From the NCBI GenBank assembly GCA_964244895.1, contig CAXTKV010000020.1, forward strand, positions 1 to 38,932: a stretch of DNA of 38,932 nucleotides, written 5' to 3'. Below the pieces are notes generated by a model, which worked only from the letters and a program-made list of their open reading frames with translations, did not search any database and was not told the origin of the DNA. This document shows, one piece after another, positions 16,878 through 27,600 of the stretch. The translations under genes and the position numbers were made by a program. The stretch comes from an uncultured Deinococcales bacterium (GTDB lineage: Bacteria; Deinococcota; Deinococci; Deinococcales; JAAFIG01). Position 1 is the first letter of the stretch, and the number at the start of each line of letters is the position of its first letter.

Positions 16878-18158
16878 ATGTTGCACATCGACGTTGAAAC
16901 CGCCCGACGGTTCATCCTCGGCAAGCAGGGCCTGTGGCCCGGACGGCGCTGGCGCGGCCTCGAAGGCGCAGCCCACGCCATGCGCGAGATGGAGTACCTG
17001 CAACTCGACCCCTTGCAAATCATCGCGCGCAGCCAGGACATCGCGTTGCACGGGCGCGTGCTCGAGTACGCGCCCGGTATGTGGGAGGACGCGACCTACC
17101 GGCAGCGCCAGTTCTTCGACTGGGGCGGCTGGCTGGCCGCCCGACCGATGGATGAACTCCCGCACTGGCGCACGGTCATGCGCCGCGAGCGCGACGGTAA
17201 CTCGCGCATCCGCGCCATGGGCACCGAGCACGCCGAGGCCATCGTCGAAATGCGGGCCGTCCTGAGGGATCGCGGTGTGGTCAGCAACCGCGATTTCACG
17301 ATGGCAGCGCGCACGAGAACGCAACACTACCGTGGCCGAAAAGACAGCGCGCTGGCCCTGTACTACCTGTGGCGCACTGGCGAGGTCATGACGCACCACC
17401 GCGAGCGCTTCGAGCGCGTCTACGCGCTGACCGAACAGGTCGCGCCCGCGCACCTGATCCGTGAAAGCAGCGAGGCCGAAACGGATCGCTTCCTGGTCAG
17501 AAAAGAAATCAGCTTCGACGGCTTGTCGCGGGTCAAACGCACCAGCGATTCCTTTCAGCGCGGCGAGCCGGATCGCGCGGCGAGGGCGCTGCGCGGGGCG
17601 ATGCTGGCTGACGGCGAGATCATCGAGGTGCAAGTCGAAGGCTGGAAGGCCGTGCATGACGCGCTCGGCAGTGACGCTGGGACGCTCCAGGAACTGAGCG
17701 CAGGGCGCGTACCGAAAGCCTGGACGCCGTTCGGGGCGACCACGACCGAAGAAGTGACGTTTCTCTCACCGCTCGATCAGGTCAGCGCGCGAGGTCGAGC
17801 CAAAATCCTGTTCGGCTTCGATTACGTCTGGGAGGTCTACAAACCCGAGCACCAGCGCAAATTCGGTTACTACACGCTGCCCGTCCTGTGGGGCGACCGG
17901 CTCGTCGCGCGCTTCGATGGCAAGCTCGAGCGCACGAGCGATACCTTCGTGATCCTGGGCTTGTGGCTCGAGGACAAGTTACTCAGCAAGGACGAGGCTT
18001 TCGCGGAGGCGCTGGCTCGAGGCTTCGCGCGCTTCGTGGCGTTCCTCGGGGCGGGCAAGCTCGACGCGAAGGCGATTCGAGAACCGCTGCTGCGCAAACG
18101 CGCAATGACATTCGTGCGCCTCGAGCCGTCGCGGTCAGCCCGTCCGGAGATCGAGTAA
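16878..18158 (+). CDS. YcaQ/AlkZ-like (HTH_42) DNA crosslink glycosylase
   Basis: LQLDP..IIARSQ (QxD motif), LSPLD, LFGFDYVWEVYKP..QRKFGYYTLPVL.GDRLV. Confidence 0.88.
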   Translation: MLHIDVETARRFILGKQGLWPGRRWRGLEGAAHAMREMEYLQLDPLQIIARSQDIALHGRVLEYAPGMWEDATYRQRQFFDWGGWLAARPMDELPHWRTVMRRERDGNSRIRAMGTEHAEAIVEMRAVLRDRGVVSNRDFTMAARTRTQHYRGRKDSALALYYLWRTGEVMTHHRERFERVYALTEQVAPAHLIRESSEAETDRFLVRKEISFDGLSRVKRTSDSFQRGEPDRAARALRGAMLADGEIIEVQVEGWKAVHDALGSDAGTLQELSAGRVPKAWTPFGATTTEEVTFLSPLDQVSARGRAKILFGFDYVWEVYKPEHQRKFGYYTLPVLWGDRLVARFDGKLERTSDTFVILGLWLEDKLLSKDEAFAEALARGFARFVAFLGAGKLDAKAIREPLLRKRAMTFVRLEPSRSARPEIE

Positions 18159-18207
18159 GAACACCGTCCAGCACACGGTCTAAGATATGTGTGCTGGACG
18201 GTGTTCT
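18158..18207. repeat. Paired box repeat, 10-bp spacer
   Basis: Boxes 18163-18177 and 18188-18202; 19-bp perfect inverted repeat. Confidence 0.95.
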
Positions 18208-18297
18208 CGAGCGTTCGTCCGGTTCAAACTCGATCTCGAAGCGCTATTCCCACGAGGGCTCGCTCGCAGCAACCCTACAGCGACGATTTCTCGAGGC

Positions 18298-19425
18298 TCA
18301 ATCGCCGCGAATCGCGCGACCCAGACGCTCGAAGAAACCGGGCTGTCCGGCCTGCGTCTCCTCGCCGACTTCCTTGGCGTACTCTTCCAGAAGTTCTTTG
18401 GCGCGTTTGGAGAGCTTGCGAGGCACGATCACGTCCAGCGTCACGACCAGATCGCCCTCGCCCCTGGATTGCAATCGGGGCATGCCCTTGCCGCGCAATT
18501 TGAGCGTATCGCCGGGTTGCGCGCCCGAAGGAACCTCCAGCACTTGCGGCCCATCCAGGGTTTCCACGTCGAAGGCACCGCCCAACGACGCCTGCGCGAT
18601 GCCGATGGGCAGCGTGTAATGCAGGTCGTCGCCGTCTCGGGTCAGATGCTCGTGGCGCTCGAGTTCCAGGAAGACGTACAGGTCGCCGGGAGGGCCACCC
18701 AGCATGCCCTGATTGCCCGCACCGGAGACGCGCAACCGGTAACCGCCGTCGATCCCCTTGGGCAGCGTGACGGACACTTTTTCCGGTTTGATGGTGCGTC
18801 CGCGACCGTGGCAGACGGTGCAGGGTTCCGGGTTGATCTCGCCGGAACCGCGACAGGTCGGACACGGCGCGGCGGTCATGAAGTTGCCCAGGATCGTGCG
18901 CTGCTGCTGGCGCACCTGCCCAGCGCCGCCGCAGGTCTGGCAGGTCTGAAGCCCCTTGCCGCCGGGTTCCGAGCGAGCGCCGTCGCAGTGCTCGCAGCTC
19001 ACCAGCCGATCCACCTCGACCTCGATGTCCGCGCCGGATCGGGATTGCTCCAAGGTGATCTTGACTTCGACCTGCAAGTCCTCGCCGCGCGCGGCGCGCT
19101 TGCCGGCACGCCCTCGGGCCTGACCGAACGGGTCGCCGCCGAAAACGCTGTTGAACAGATCGAACAGGTCGCCGACCTGCCCGAAACCGCCCGGATCGAA
19201 GTTCTGGCCGGGGCCGCCGACGCGCCCGAACTGGTCGAATTGCGCGCGCTTTTCGGGATCTGAAAGCACCGAATAGGCTTCGTTGATCTGCTTGAATTTC
19301 TCTTCGGCGGCGTGATCGCCGGGGTTCTTGTCGGGGTGGTACTTGAGCGCGAGGGCTCGGTAGGCGCGTTTGATCTCGTCGGCATCGGCGCTTTTATTGA
19401 CGCCGAGAAGTTCGTAGTAATCCAT
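18298..19425 (-). CDS. dnaJ: Chaperone DnaJ
   Basis: [12 protein letters not shown] motif, G/F region, four CxxCxGxG-type zinc-finger repeats. Start moved to ATG 19425 with GGAGA RBS. Confidence 0.97.
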   Translation of the reverse strand: MDYYELLGVNKSADADEIKRAYRALALKYHPDKNPGDHAAEEKFKQINEAYSVLSDPEKRAQFDQFGRVGGPGQNFDPGGFGQVGDLFDLFNSVFGGDPFGQARGRAGKRAARGEDLQVEVKITLEQSRSGADIEVEVDRLVSCEHCDGARSEPGGKGLQTCQTCGGAGQVRQQQRTILGNFMTAAPCPTCRGSGEINPEPCTVCHGRGRTIKPEKVSVTLPKGIDGGYRLRVSGAGNQGMLGGPPGDLYVFLELERHEHLTRDGDDLHYTLPIGIAQASLGGAFDVETLDGPQVLEVPSGAQPGDTLKLRGKGMPRLQSRGEGDLVVTLDVIVPRKLSKRAKELLEEYAKEVGEETQAGQPGFFERLGRAIRGD

Positions 19426-19580
19426 GCGGTCTCCGGGAGTTTGGCTCGAGGTTGCTCGAGCCAGGAATGGCATGGATTATACAGGCACACTCAAGTTTAA
19501 GGAGTGGGTATGTATCACGGTTGTGCAGCCATGAAGGCATCTTCGCGTGCTGCACGTCACGCGGGATACACTGGCCGGAC

Positions 19581-21218
19581 ATGAACAAGACCCTGCGAAG
19601 CCTCGGTTTCGTGATGCTGGTGCTCTGGAGCGCTCAGCTTGGCGGCCCGCTGCAAGTTTTTAGCGCGCAGACACCGAAGCTCCTGGACGCACCGCCGATG
19701 GGATGGAACAGCTGGAACGCGTTCGGCTGCGATATCGACGAGGACAAAATCCTGACCCAGGCGCAGGCCATGACCAGAAACGGGATGCGCGAGGTGGGCT
19801 ACCGATACGTCGTAATCGACGATTGCTGGTCGGCACCAGCGCGGGATGCCCAGGGGAATCTGCAGGCGAACCCGGACAAATTTCCGCACGGCATCCGGGC
19901 GCTCTCCGATGCCATTCACGCCCTGGGATTGAAGTTCGGGATGTACTCGGATCGCGGCGCGAAAACCTGCGGCGGATACCCCGCTTCGCAGGGGTTTGAA
20001 CAACAGGATGCCGCGCAATTCGCGCGGTGGGGCGTGGATTACCTCAAATACGACAACTGCAACGCCGTGCTGGACGAAAAAACGCAGTACCAAACAATGC
20101 GGACAGCGCTCTCTGGGGTAAACCGAGCGATCGTGTTCAGCGTTTGCTCGTGGTGGTTCCGCCCCTGGATTCCGGAAGTGGGCGACATCTGGCGCACCAC
20201 CTTCGATATTCGTGACGTCTGGGAGAAGCCCGCCATCGCCTCGAACGCCAGCGATCAGAGCGTCATGAGCATCGCGGACACGAACAACCTTTACGCCAGC
20301 TACGCTCGAGGCGGGCATTACAACGATCCGGACATGCTGATGGTCGGGAATCGCGGTCAGGGTGGGTTGGGTGGGCCGGGCATGACGAATACCGAATACC
20401 GTTCGCACTTCGGCTTGTGGGCGATCATGAGCGCACCGTTGATGTCCGGGAACCGACTCGCGGTGATGGATGCGGTCACGCTCGAGACCCTGACCAACCG
20501 CGAAGTGATCGCCGTCAATCAAGATCCGGCGGATGCACCGGCCCACACGCAGGGCGTGCGCGTGCGCCGTTTTCCAACGAGCGAGGTCTGGGCGAAACCG
20601 CTCTCGGATGGGTCGGTGGCGGTGCTGTTGTTGAACCGTTCCGATCAGACAGCAGATGTTCGCGCGCAGTGGTCGGACGTGGGCTTGCGGGAAACGGGTG
20701 CCGCCGTGCGCGACCTGTGGCGCAAACAGGACGCTGGCGTGTTCGATTCCGGCTTCACAGCACAGGCTGTCCCGGCGCACGGTTCGGTGATGCTCCGCGT
20801 GCGCGGAACGAAACTCAAAAGCGAACCGCAGTCGAAGATCAGCATCGAGGCGGAATCTTCGAGCAACACGCTCCTCGAGCCAGCCGCGGTCAAGCCGTGC
20901 GCGGGCTGCTCAGGCGGGGCGCTGGTCGGCAACATCCGTGGAACGGGCTCGTTGAGCTTCAACAAGGTCTTCGCCTCGCGTGCGGGTTCGGTTCCGGTGA
21001 CGGTCTACTTCACCAACCCATCCGATCAGGCGCTCCTCAAGATCACCACCGGCGCGGGCGCGAACGTCATCGCGCGGATTCACTCGAGCGGGGATGCGGT
21101 GGCGAGCCTGCGTTTGAACCTCGAACTCGAGCGCGGCCAGAACACGATCACGTTCTCGTTACCGGGCGCGAAAGCGCCGAGCATCGATCGGATCAGTTAC
21201 GAGACGGGGCCCCAATAA
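19581..21218 (+). CDS. Exported GH27 alpha-galactosidase with C-terminal CBM35-like module
   Basis: PPMGWNSWN, IDDCW, DYLKYDNC, WRTT.DI, NDPDML, QDP. C-terminal IEAE...CAGCSGG..VG. TACACT upstream of ATG 19581. Confidence 0.92.
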   Translation: MNKTLRSLGFVMLVLWSAQLGGPLQVFSAQTPKLLDAPPMGWNSWNAFGCDIDEDKILTQAQAMTRNGMREVGYRYVVIDDCWSAPARDAQGNLQANPDKFPHGIRALSDAIHALGLKFGMYSDRGAKTCGGYPASQGFEQQDAAQFARWGVDYLKYDNCNAVLDEKTQYQTMRTALSGVNRAIVFSVCSWWFRPWIPEVGDIWRTTFDIRDVWEKPAIASNASDQSVMSIADTNNLYASYARGGHYNDPDMLMVGNRGQGGLGGPGMTNTEYRSHFGLWAIMSAPLMSGNRLAVMDAVTLETLTNREVIAVNQDPADAPAHTQGVRVRRFPTSEVWAKPLSDGSVAVLLLNRSDQTADVRAQWSDVGLRETGAAVRDLWRKQDAGVFDSGFTAQAVPAHGSVMLRVRGTKLKSEPQSKISIEAESSSNTLLEPAAVKPCAGCSGGALVGNIRGTGSLSFNKVFASRAGSVPVTVYFTNPSDQALLKITTGAGANVIARIHSSGDAVASLRLNLELERGQNTITFSLPGAKAPSIDRISYETGPQ

Positions 21219-21298
21219 AGGACTGAAGGTCAAGGGCCAACACCGAAACCATCGCGCCGCTCGAGCCTTCCTTCGGCGGGCCGTGCCAGAATCGGGCG

Positions 21299-22528
21299 AT
21301 GCCGCACACGTACCGCATTCCCGGCCTGGTGCTGACCGAACACGAGTTCTCGGTTCCGCTCGATCACGACCGCAAAGACGGCCCGAGCATCAGCGTTTTT
21401 GCCCGAGAGATCGCCGACCCGGACGGACTGGACAGGCCGTTCCTGGTGTTCTTTCAGGGCGGCCCAGGCTCCGAAGCGCCGCGACCAACCGGGCCGGAAA
21501 CATCCGGGTGGCTCGGGCGGGCGCTGCGCGATTACCGCGTGCTGATGCTCGATCAGCGCGGCACGGGACGCTCGAGCCCGATCGGGACGCTGCCCAAAAT
21601 GACACCGCAACAGCAGGCGGATTACCTGCGGTTCTTCCGCGCGGATTCCATCGTCCGGGACGCGGAGCACATCCGGCGCGAACTCGGCGGCGAGCGCTGG
21701 AGCGTGCTCGGGCAGAGCTTCGGCGGGTTCTGCGTCGTGACGTACCTGTCGTTCGCGCCCGAAGGATTGCGCGAAGCCTTCATCACCGGCGGCTTGCCAC
21801 CCGTGGGTCGCCCGACCGACGACGTGTACCGCCTGACGTACCAGCGCGTTCTGGAACGCAACCACCGGTATTACGCGCGTTACCCCGAAGACCGCGCGCG
21901 CGTTCTGGAGATTCACGCGCGGCTCGAGCGAGACGACGTGCGCTTGCCGTCCGGCGACCGCCTGACCTCGCGCCGATTCAGGCAGCTCGGCATGATGCTC
22001 GGCGCGAGCGACGGCGTTGAAAACCTGCACTACCTGCTGGAACTGCCCGTGGATTCACCCGCCTTCCTGCACGACGTGGACGCGGCCCTGCACTTCGCGC
22101 GCAACCCCATCTACGCGATCCTGCACGAAGCCTGCTACGCTGATGGTTGCGTGAGTGACTGGTCGGCGGATCGGTTAATTCCGGCTGAATTCCAATTACC
22201 CGAACTGTTCACCGGCGAGATGATCTACCCGTGGATGTTCAGTGAATACGCCGCCCTCGCGCCCTTGCGCGAAGCCGCCGAACTGCTGGCCAAAGAACCC
22301 TGGAAACCGCTCTACGACCTCGAGCGCCTGCGCCGGAACGACGTGCCCGTCGCCGCCGCGATTTACGCGGAGGACATGTACGTCGAACGCGCGTGGTCAG
22401 AAGAAACCGCCGCCAGGATTCGCGGTCTGAAACCGTGGCTGACCAACGAGTACGAGCACAACGGCCTTCGCGCCGACGGCGCTCGCGTGCTGGGTCGGTT
22501 GATGGATCTGGTGCAGGGCCGCGCCTGA
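21299..22528 (+). CDS. Proline iminopeptidase-like alpha/beta hydrolase (S33)
   Basis: FQGGPG, DQRGTGRS, FRADSIVRDAE, GQSFGG, DMYV, NEYEHNGLR. Confidence 0.92.
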   Translation: MPHTYRIPGLVLTEHEFSVPLDHDRKDGPSISVFAREIADPDGLDRPFLVFFQGGPGSEAPRPTGPETSGWLGRALRDYRVLMLDQRGTGRSSPIGTLPKMTPQQQADYLRFFRADSIVRDAEHIRRELGGERWSVLGQSFGGFCVVTYLSFAPEGLREAFITGGLPPVGRPTDDVYRLTYQRVLERNHRYYARYPEDRARVLEIHARLERDDVRLPSGDRLTSRRFRQLGMMLGASDGVENLHYLLELPVDSPAFLHDVDAALHFARNPIYAILHEACYADGCVSDWSADRLIPAEFQLPELFTGEMIYPWMFSEYAALAPLREAAELLAKEPWKPLYDLERLRRNDVPVAAAIYAEDMYVERAWSEETAARIRGLKPWLTNEYEHNGLRADGARVLGRLMDLVQGRA

Positions 22529-22638
22529 GGTGCTGATCGAAGGCGCGTTCTCGAGTTCAACCTGAATCTCGAGGGCGACCGCGTGAAGGTTCGGGCGCAT
22601 TCATGGGAATCCGTGCCGCACCGTGTTTTCAAACGAAG

Positions 22639-22675
22639 CGAGACTCAGCCGATAGCGCCGAGTCTCGAGTCGAGG
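22639..22675 (-). terminator. Hairpin downstream of the basic protein gene
   Basis: On the minus strand CGAGACTCGGC...GCTGAGTCTCG, followed by CTTCGTTTG. Confidence 0.4.
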
Positions 22676-22681
22676 ATTTGC

Positions 22682-22951
22682 TTACTTCTTGGCGGCCTTC
22701 ATCATGGTCGTCTTGGTCGTGCGCTTGGCGACAATGCGCTTGCTGGTGCGCCTGGCCATCACCTTATGCGTGCGCTTGGCCACGACTTTGTGCGAGCGCT
22801 TCGCCACGATGCGCTTGTGCTTGACGGCCATCTTGGCGGGTTTGACCATCGTGGTCGAGGTTTTGGCGACCGCTTTCGCGGCTGGTGCGGCGAACGCGAG
22901 CGGGGCGAGCATCAAAGCGAGTGCGGACAGAGCAATCTTCAGGATCTTCAT
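22682..22951 (-). CDS. Small exported Lys/Arg-rich repeat protein
   Basis: GAGGAGG RBS. Sec signal ending AFA. The 68-aa mature part has 23 K/R and no D/E. Confidence 0.85.
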   Translation of the reverse strand: MKILKIALSALALMLAPLAFAAPAAKAVAKTSTTMVKPAKMAVKHKRIVAKRSHKVVAKRTHKVMARRTSKRIVAKRTTKTTMMKAAKK

Positions 22952-23083
22952 GGGTGGAACCTCCTCGTGCGTCGCCGGGCGCGCCCACGGCGATTGAGAA
23001 GAGTTTCGACGGGCAAGGTGGAACGAAGGTGAAACCGTTTCAAGGTGATGCGGATGTCTCGGGTTTCAGTTCGGGCAATCTCG

Positions 23084-23132
23084 AGAAGACCGTCTCAGAC
23101 GCGAATCATAAATCTCGTACAGGACGGTATTT
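23084..23132. repeat. Paired box repeat, 10-bp spacer
   Basis: Boxes 23089-23103 and 23114-23128. Confidence 0.8.
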
Positions 23133-23181
23133 TTGCGTGGAGCGCGATCCCGAGTCATGAACGCGGCGTTATGCTTGAGCC

Positions 23182-23466
23182 GTGCTCAGGATTGTCCTGA
23201 TCGGTTTGATCATCATTTCAGGTTGCACGACACCGAATACCGCGCCGTTCCAGGTCTGGCCTCTGAAGGCCACGGTTCGCGTGGGTGCAACCCTGAGGCT
23301 CGAGGCGAATTACGCGAACCAAGTGACGGGCTGGTTCTCGAGCGACCAGAGTATCGCCAGCGTGCAGAACGGAATCGTCCTGGGGATCAACACTGGTCAG
23401 GTGCAGATTCACGCCGTCAGTAACGGCGTACCGAGCGGCGACGCGCAAATGACGGTCGTACCCTGA
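23182..23466 (+). CDS. Small lipoprotein with Big_2-like Ig domain
   Basis: TATGCT-N6-GTG. Lipobox ISGC. W.SSD.SIASV.NG.V.G...G...I.A pattern. Confidence 0.75.
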   Translation: MLRIVLIGLIIISGCTTPNTAPFQVWPLKATVRVGATLRLEANYANQVTGWFSSDQSIASVQNGIVLGINTGQVQIHAVSNGVPSGDAQMTVVP

Positions 23467-23467
23467 T

Positions 23468-23513
23468 TACCGTCCCGGACGCATCCTCGAGAACACCGTG
23501 CTGGACGGTGTTC
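23468..23513. repeat. Paired box repeat, 11-bp spacer
   Basis: Boxes 23469-23483 and 23495-23509. Confidence 0.9.
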
Positions 23514-23515
23514 CT

Positions 23516-24430
23516 TTAACGCGTTTTCTCGATCAGCACTTTCGCGACCGCTTCCGCCGTATGCGATCCATCCCGGACGGCTTCAAACGGGCTGGAACCT
23601 GCACTTTGCACGATCTCGCGCACGGCGTTCTCGATGGCGGAGGCGACCTCGAAGCGGGCGCGTTCCAGGCGGCGCTTTTCCAGGCCGGGTTCATTCAGGT
23701 GCGCGCGGTGGGCGTCCAGGGCGTCTATCACGGCTTCCGTGCCCTGGTTGCTCGAGGCGATGGTCTGGACGATCGGTGGCCACCACGTATGTTCGTCATG
23801 GGGTGCGAGTTCGAGGGCAGCTTTGATCTCGCGCTCCAGGCGATCCGCGCCGGGCAGGTCGGCTTTGTTGATCGCGAAGACATCCGCGATCTCCATGATT
23901 CCGGCCTTGAAGGCTTGTACGGCGTCGCCCCCGGCGGGCGTCATGACCAGCAGGACGTGATCGGCCACGCGGGCGATGTCAATTTCGGATTGTCCCACGC
24001 CGACGGTCTCGATGAACACGCGGTCAAAACCGAACGCCTCGAGGATGCTGACCACGGCCACGGTCGTGCGGGCCAACCCGCCCAGTGCGCCGCGCGTGGC
24101 CATCGAGCGCACGAACACGCCGCGATCCTGGTGGTGGCGTCCCATGCGGATGCGGTCGCCCAGGATCGCGCCGCCGGAGAACGGGCTGGACGGGTCGACG
24201 GCCAGCACCGCGACGCGTTCGCCGCGCGCGCGGCAGGCTGCAATCAGGTGGTCGGTCAGGGTGCTTTTACCCGCACCTGGTGCGCCGGTCACGCCGATCA
24301 CGCGGGCGCGCCTGTTCAGCGCGCGGAGCTGCCCGAGCAGCTCGAGCCCGCCGGGTAGTCCGGCCTCGAGCGCGGTGATGGCTCGGGCCAGGGCGCGTTC
24401 GTCCCCGGCGAGGAAGCGATCCAGGATCAT
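23516..24430 (-). CDS. meaB: Methylmalonyl-CoA mutase-associated GTPase MeaB/ArgK
   Basis: LARAIT, GVTGAPGAGKST, AVDPSSPFSGGAILGDRIRM, ETVGVGQSE, KAGIMEIAD, NKAD. Start ATG 24430 after TACGAT. Confidence 0.95.
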   Translation of the reverse strand: MILDRFLAGDERALARAITALEAGLPGGLELLGQLRALNRRARVIGVTGAPGAGKSTLTDHLIAACRARGERVAVLAVDPSSPFSGGAILGDRIRMGRHHQDRGVFVRSMATRGALGGLARTTVAVVSILEAFGFDRVFIETVGVGQSEIDIARVADHVLLVMTPAGGDAVQAFKAGIMEIADVFAINKADLPGADRLEREIKAALELAPHDEHTWWPPIVQTIASSNQGTEAVIDALDAHRAHLNEPGLEKRRLERARFEVASAIENAVREIVQSAGSSPFEAVRDGSHTAEAVAKVLIEKTR

Positions 24431-24488
24431 GGTCTGAATCGTACCCGTGATCCCGGTGGTGCATTCGGGTTCGAGGCTGGGGTGCGCC

Positions 24489-24548
24489 AGAAGACCGTCC
24501 GGGACGCTATTCTCGAGATTCAAAAAACATCGTTCGGGACGGTTTTTT
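24489..24548. repeat. Paired box repeat, 20-bp spacer
   Basis: Boxes 24494-24508 and 24529-24543. Confidence 0.85.
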
Positions 24549-24672
24549 TTGAATCAAACCCCAGAAAATGGTGATCGCTACGACGTTAGCTGATCCTCGA
24601 GAACGAAAGTCCAAAACCCGTTCGTGATCGAAACACAGCAATTCCCCACCGCAGGACGGATAATCGAAAGCG

Positions 24673-27600
24673 ATGAGCACGGCCAGCGCGGACCGTTATT
24701 CAATCGTGCGCGAACTGGGCGCGGGAGCCACCAGCCGCGTCAGTCTGGCCGTGGATCTTTTGACGGGCGAGCAGGTCGCGATCAAGCAACTCTTCGAGAC
24801 GGGCACGTTGCAGGGCGGCGTGCGAATGCGCCGCGAATTCCGGGCGCTGAAACGCCTGGAGCATCCGAACGTCGTGCGGGTGCTGGATTTCGGTGAGCAA
24901 CGCACGCCGTACATCGTGATGGAATTCGTGCCCGGCGAGGATCTCTCGACCTGGCTCGAGAAAAGCCCGGATCTGGGCGCGATCGCGCACGTTTTCGCGC
25001 AGATCGCGGACGCGCTTTCCGGCGTTCACGGTCAGGGTCTGATCCACCGCGATCTCAAACCGGAAAACATTCGGGTCACGCCGGAAGGACAGGCCAAGCT
25101 GATGGATTTCGGGCTGGCCAAGAACCTGGAGAGCAGCGTCGCGATCACGCGCGTCGGCGCGGTCGTCGGCACGGTCTTGTACATGGCGCCGGAACAGTGC
25201 CGGGGCGCGGAGATCGACTACCGCGCCGACCTGTACGCGCTGGGTGCGCTGATGTACCGCGCCTTCACCGGTCAGCCGCCCTTTCCCGGCGAGAGCCTGG
25301 CGCAGGTGATCCTGGCGCACATCCAGCAAGCGCCCAGACCACCCAGGCAGTTGCGTTCTGATCTGCCGGAATCGCTGGAGGCGTTGATCCTGAGCTTGCT
25401 CGCCAAGCACCCGCTGGATCGCCCGCAGACGGCAGTCGCGGTGCGCGATGCGCTGATCGGGATTCTGAAGGACGCGCTGGGCGCATCTCTGGGCGGCGAG
25501 GACGCGCTGGGCGCGGCGGACGGCAGCGCGCGCGCGGACGCGCTCTTGGTCGCGCCGTTGCTGGGCCGGGACGAGGCGCTTTCCAGCCTAGAATTTTTGC
25601 TCGACTTCGATCACGATGCGCCGCTGGTGGCGGTCACGGGCGACGCGGGCATCGGCAAGACGCGATTGTTGCGCACGCTCGAGGAGCGCGCTGCGGTCGA
25701 GCGCAAACGGATCGTCTGGGGCGAGGCAGCTCTGCACGATCCGACGCCGTTCGGCGCGATCTCGCGGCTGATTCAGGGCCTGTCGCGGCACCACAAAAGC
25801 GTGCTGGACGGTCTTTCGGATGCGGATCGGACGGAACTCTCGAGGATCGCGCCCTCGCTCGGCGAGGCTCCGCCACCGGATTCTTCCCTGCCGCCGGAAT
25901 TGCAGCGCCTGCGGCTTTTTGAAGCCTTCACGACGCTCCTGGAGCGCGCGTCCAGGGTGGCGGTGCTGGTGCTGGAAAACCTGCACTGGGCGGACGAGAG
26001 CACGCTCAATTTGCTGGCGCACGCCACGCGAGCCGTGCAGCACCCCAGGTTGATCGTGACCTACCGCATCGAGGATTTGCCCGAGGGCAGCGACACGCCG
26101 CGCGGCCTGAGCAAACCGGGGTTGACGCTCGACCTGGAACCCCTCTCGGAAGCCACCATGCGCGAACTGCTGAACGCCCGGCTGGGCGGCGCGGTCGAGG
26201 CGGGGCTGGCCTTCGAGCTGGTGTCTCGGGCGGACGGCAACCCGTGGGTGCTGGAAGAGCAACTGAAATTAATGCTCGAATCGGGCGCGCTGGCGCGGCG
26301 CGCGGGCGTCTACGAGTGGAACCAGAAATCGGTCACCAAAGCGCCGAGCGGTGGGCTGGTGACCTCGAGCCTGGACGACCTCTTGACCCAACGCCTGTCC
26401 ACGCTGCCCGCGGCGGCGTTGGAATTCGCGCGGGCGGCGGGCGTGCTGGGGCGCAGTTTCTTGTTCGAGGACGCCCGCAGTCTGCTGGAATGGGACGACG
26501 AGACCGCCCTGGACGCGCTCGAGCAGCTCGTGCGCTCTCGGGTCGTGACTGAAACGCCGGGCACGCGCGGCGAGGGCTACCGTTTCACGCACCCGCTCTA
26601 CGCGCAGACCCTGGAGAACTCTCTGATCAGCTTGCGGCGCAAACGCTTGCACGCCAGGGCCGCGCAGCGTCTGGAGCACCGCGCGCCGCCGATGGCGTTG
26701 GCGCAGCACCACCGCGAGGCGGGCGAGGACGCGCGCGCCCTCGAGTACGCGCTGTCCGCCGGGCGCAACGCGCAGGCGGCGTTCTCGTACCCGCTGGCGG
26801 AGCGCGCGTATCGGCTCGGGCTCGAGGCATCCAAGGCGCTCGATGGGAACCTGCGCGGGCTGTTGTGCGCGCACTACCTGGCGCAGGTGCTGTCCGCCAC
26901 GGGTCGCAACGAGGAAGCTGTGTGGTTGTGGGCGCAGGTGATCGATCAGGCGCCGCGCCTGCCGGGTGGCGAGACGCTGGCCGCCAACGCCAAGATCAGC
27001 CTGGTGGTGGTGCAGCGCCGCCAGGGTTCAATCGAGGACAGCCTTTCACTGTTGGGCGAACCGCAGCGCAACACGCCGCTGTTCGACGAGCTGTGCGTCG
27101 AGCTGTGCGCCGTTTACCGCGCGCTGAACGACCTGCCCAAAGCCCGGCATTACGGGCTCGAGGCGCTGGCCGAATCCCGACGCCTGGGCAAGACGGGCAC
27201 GCTGGTCAAGGCGCTGGTCAACCTGGCGGAAGTCGAGAACGCGCTCGGGCGGGCGTCCCGAGCGGAGCGTCTGTTGCGCCTGGCGACGGGCTTCGCGGAA
27301 CGCGGCGAGAACCACCACCTGCGATCGCTGGCCTGGAACAACCTGGGCAGCACGCTGTACCTTCAGGCTCGAGACGACGAGGCGCTCGAGGCCTGGGAGA
27401 CCGCCGCGCGCTCCAGCCGCATCATCGGTGATATCGCCTACCAGGCCACGCTGGAAGTCAACATCGCGCTGATCTTGATGGGTCAGGACGATTTCAGCGA
27501 GGCGCTGGCGCGATTCGAGGCCGCCTCCAGCCTGAGCGAACGCGCCGGTTACGCCACCATCCAGAAGCACGCGCTGTACAACGCGGGCGTCTGCGAGTAC

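Noticed and set aside
16740..17657. N-terminal extension of the 697-aa minus ORF (apparent LysA fusion)
   Set aside because: It is the antisense shadow of the YcaQ-like gene and crosses a repeat. LysA similarity starts at ATG 16739, which has its own -10 box.
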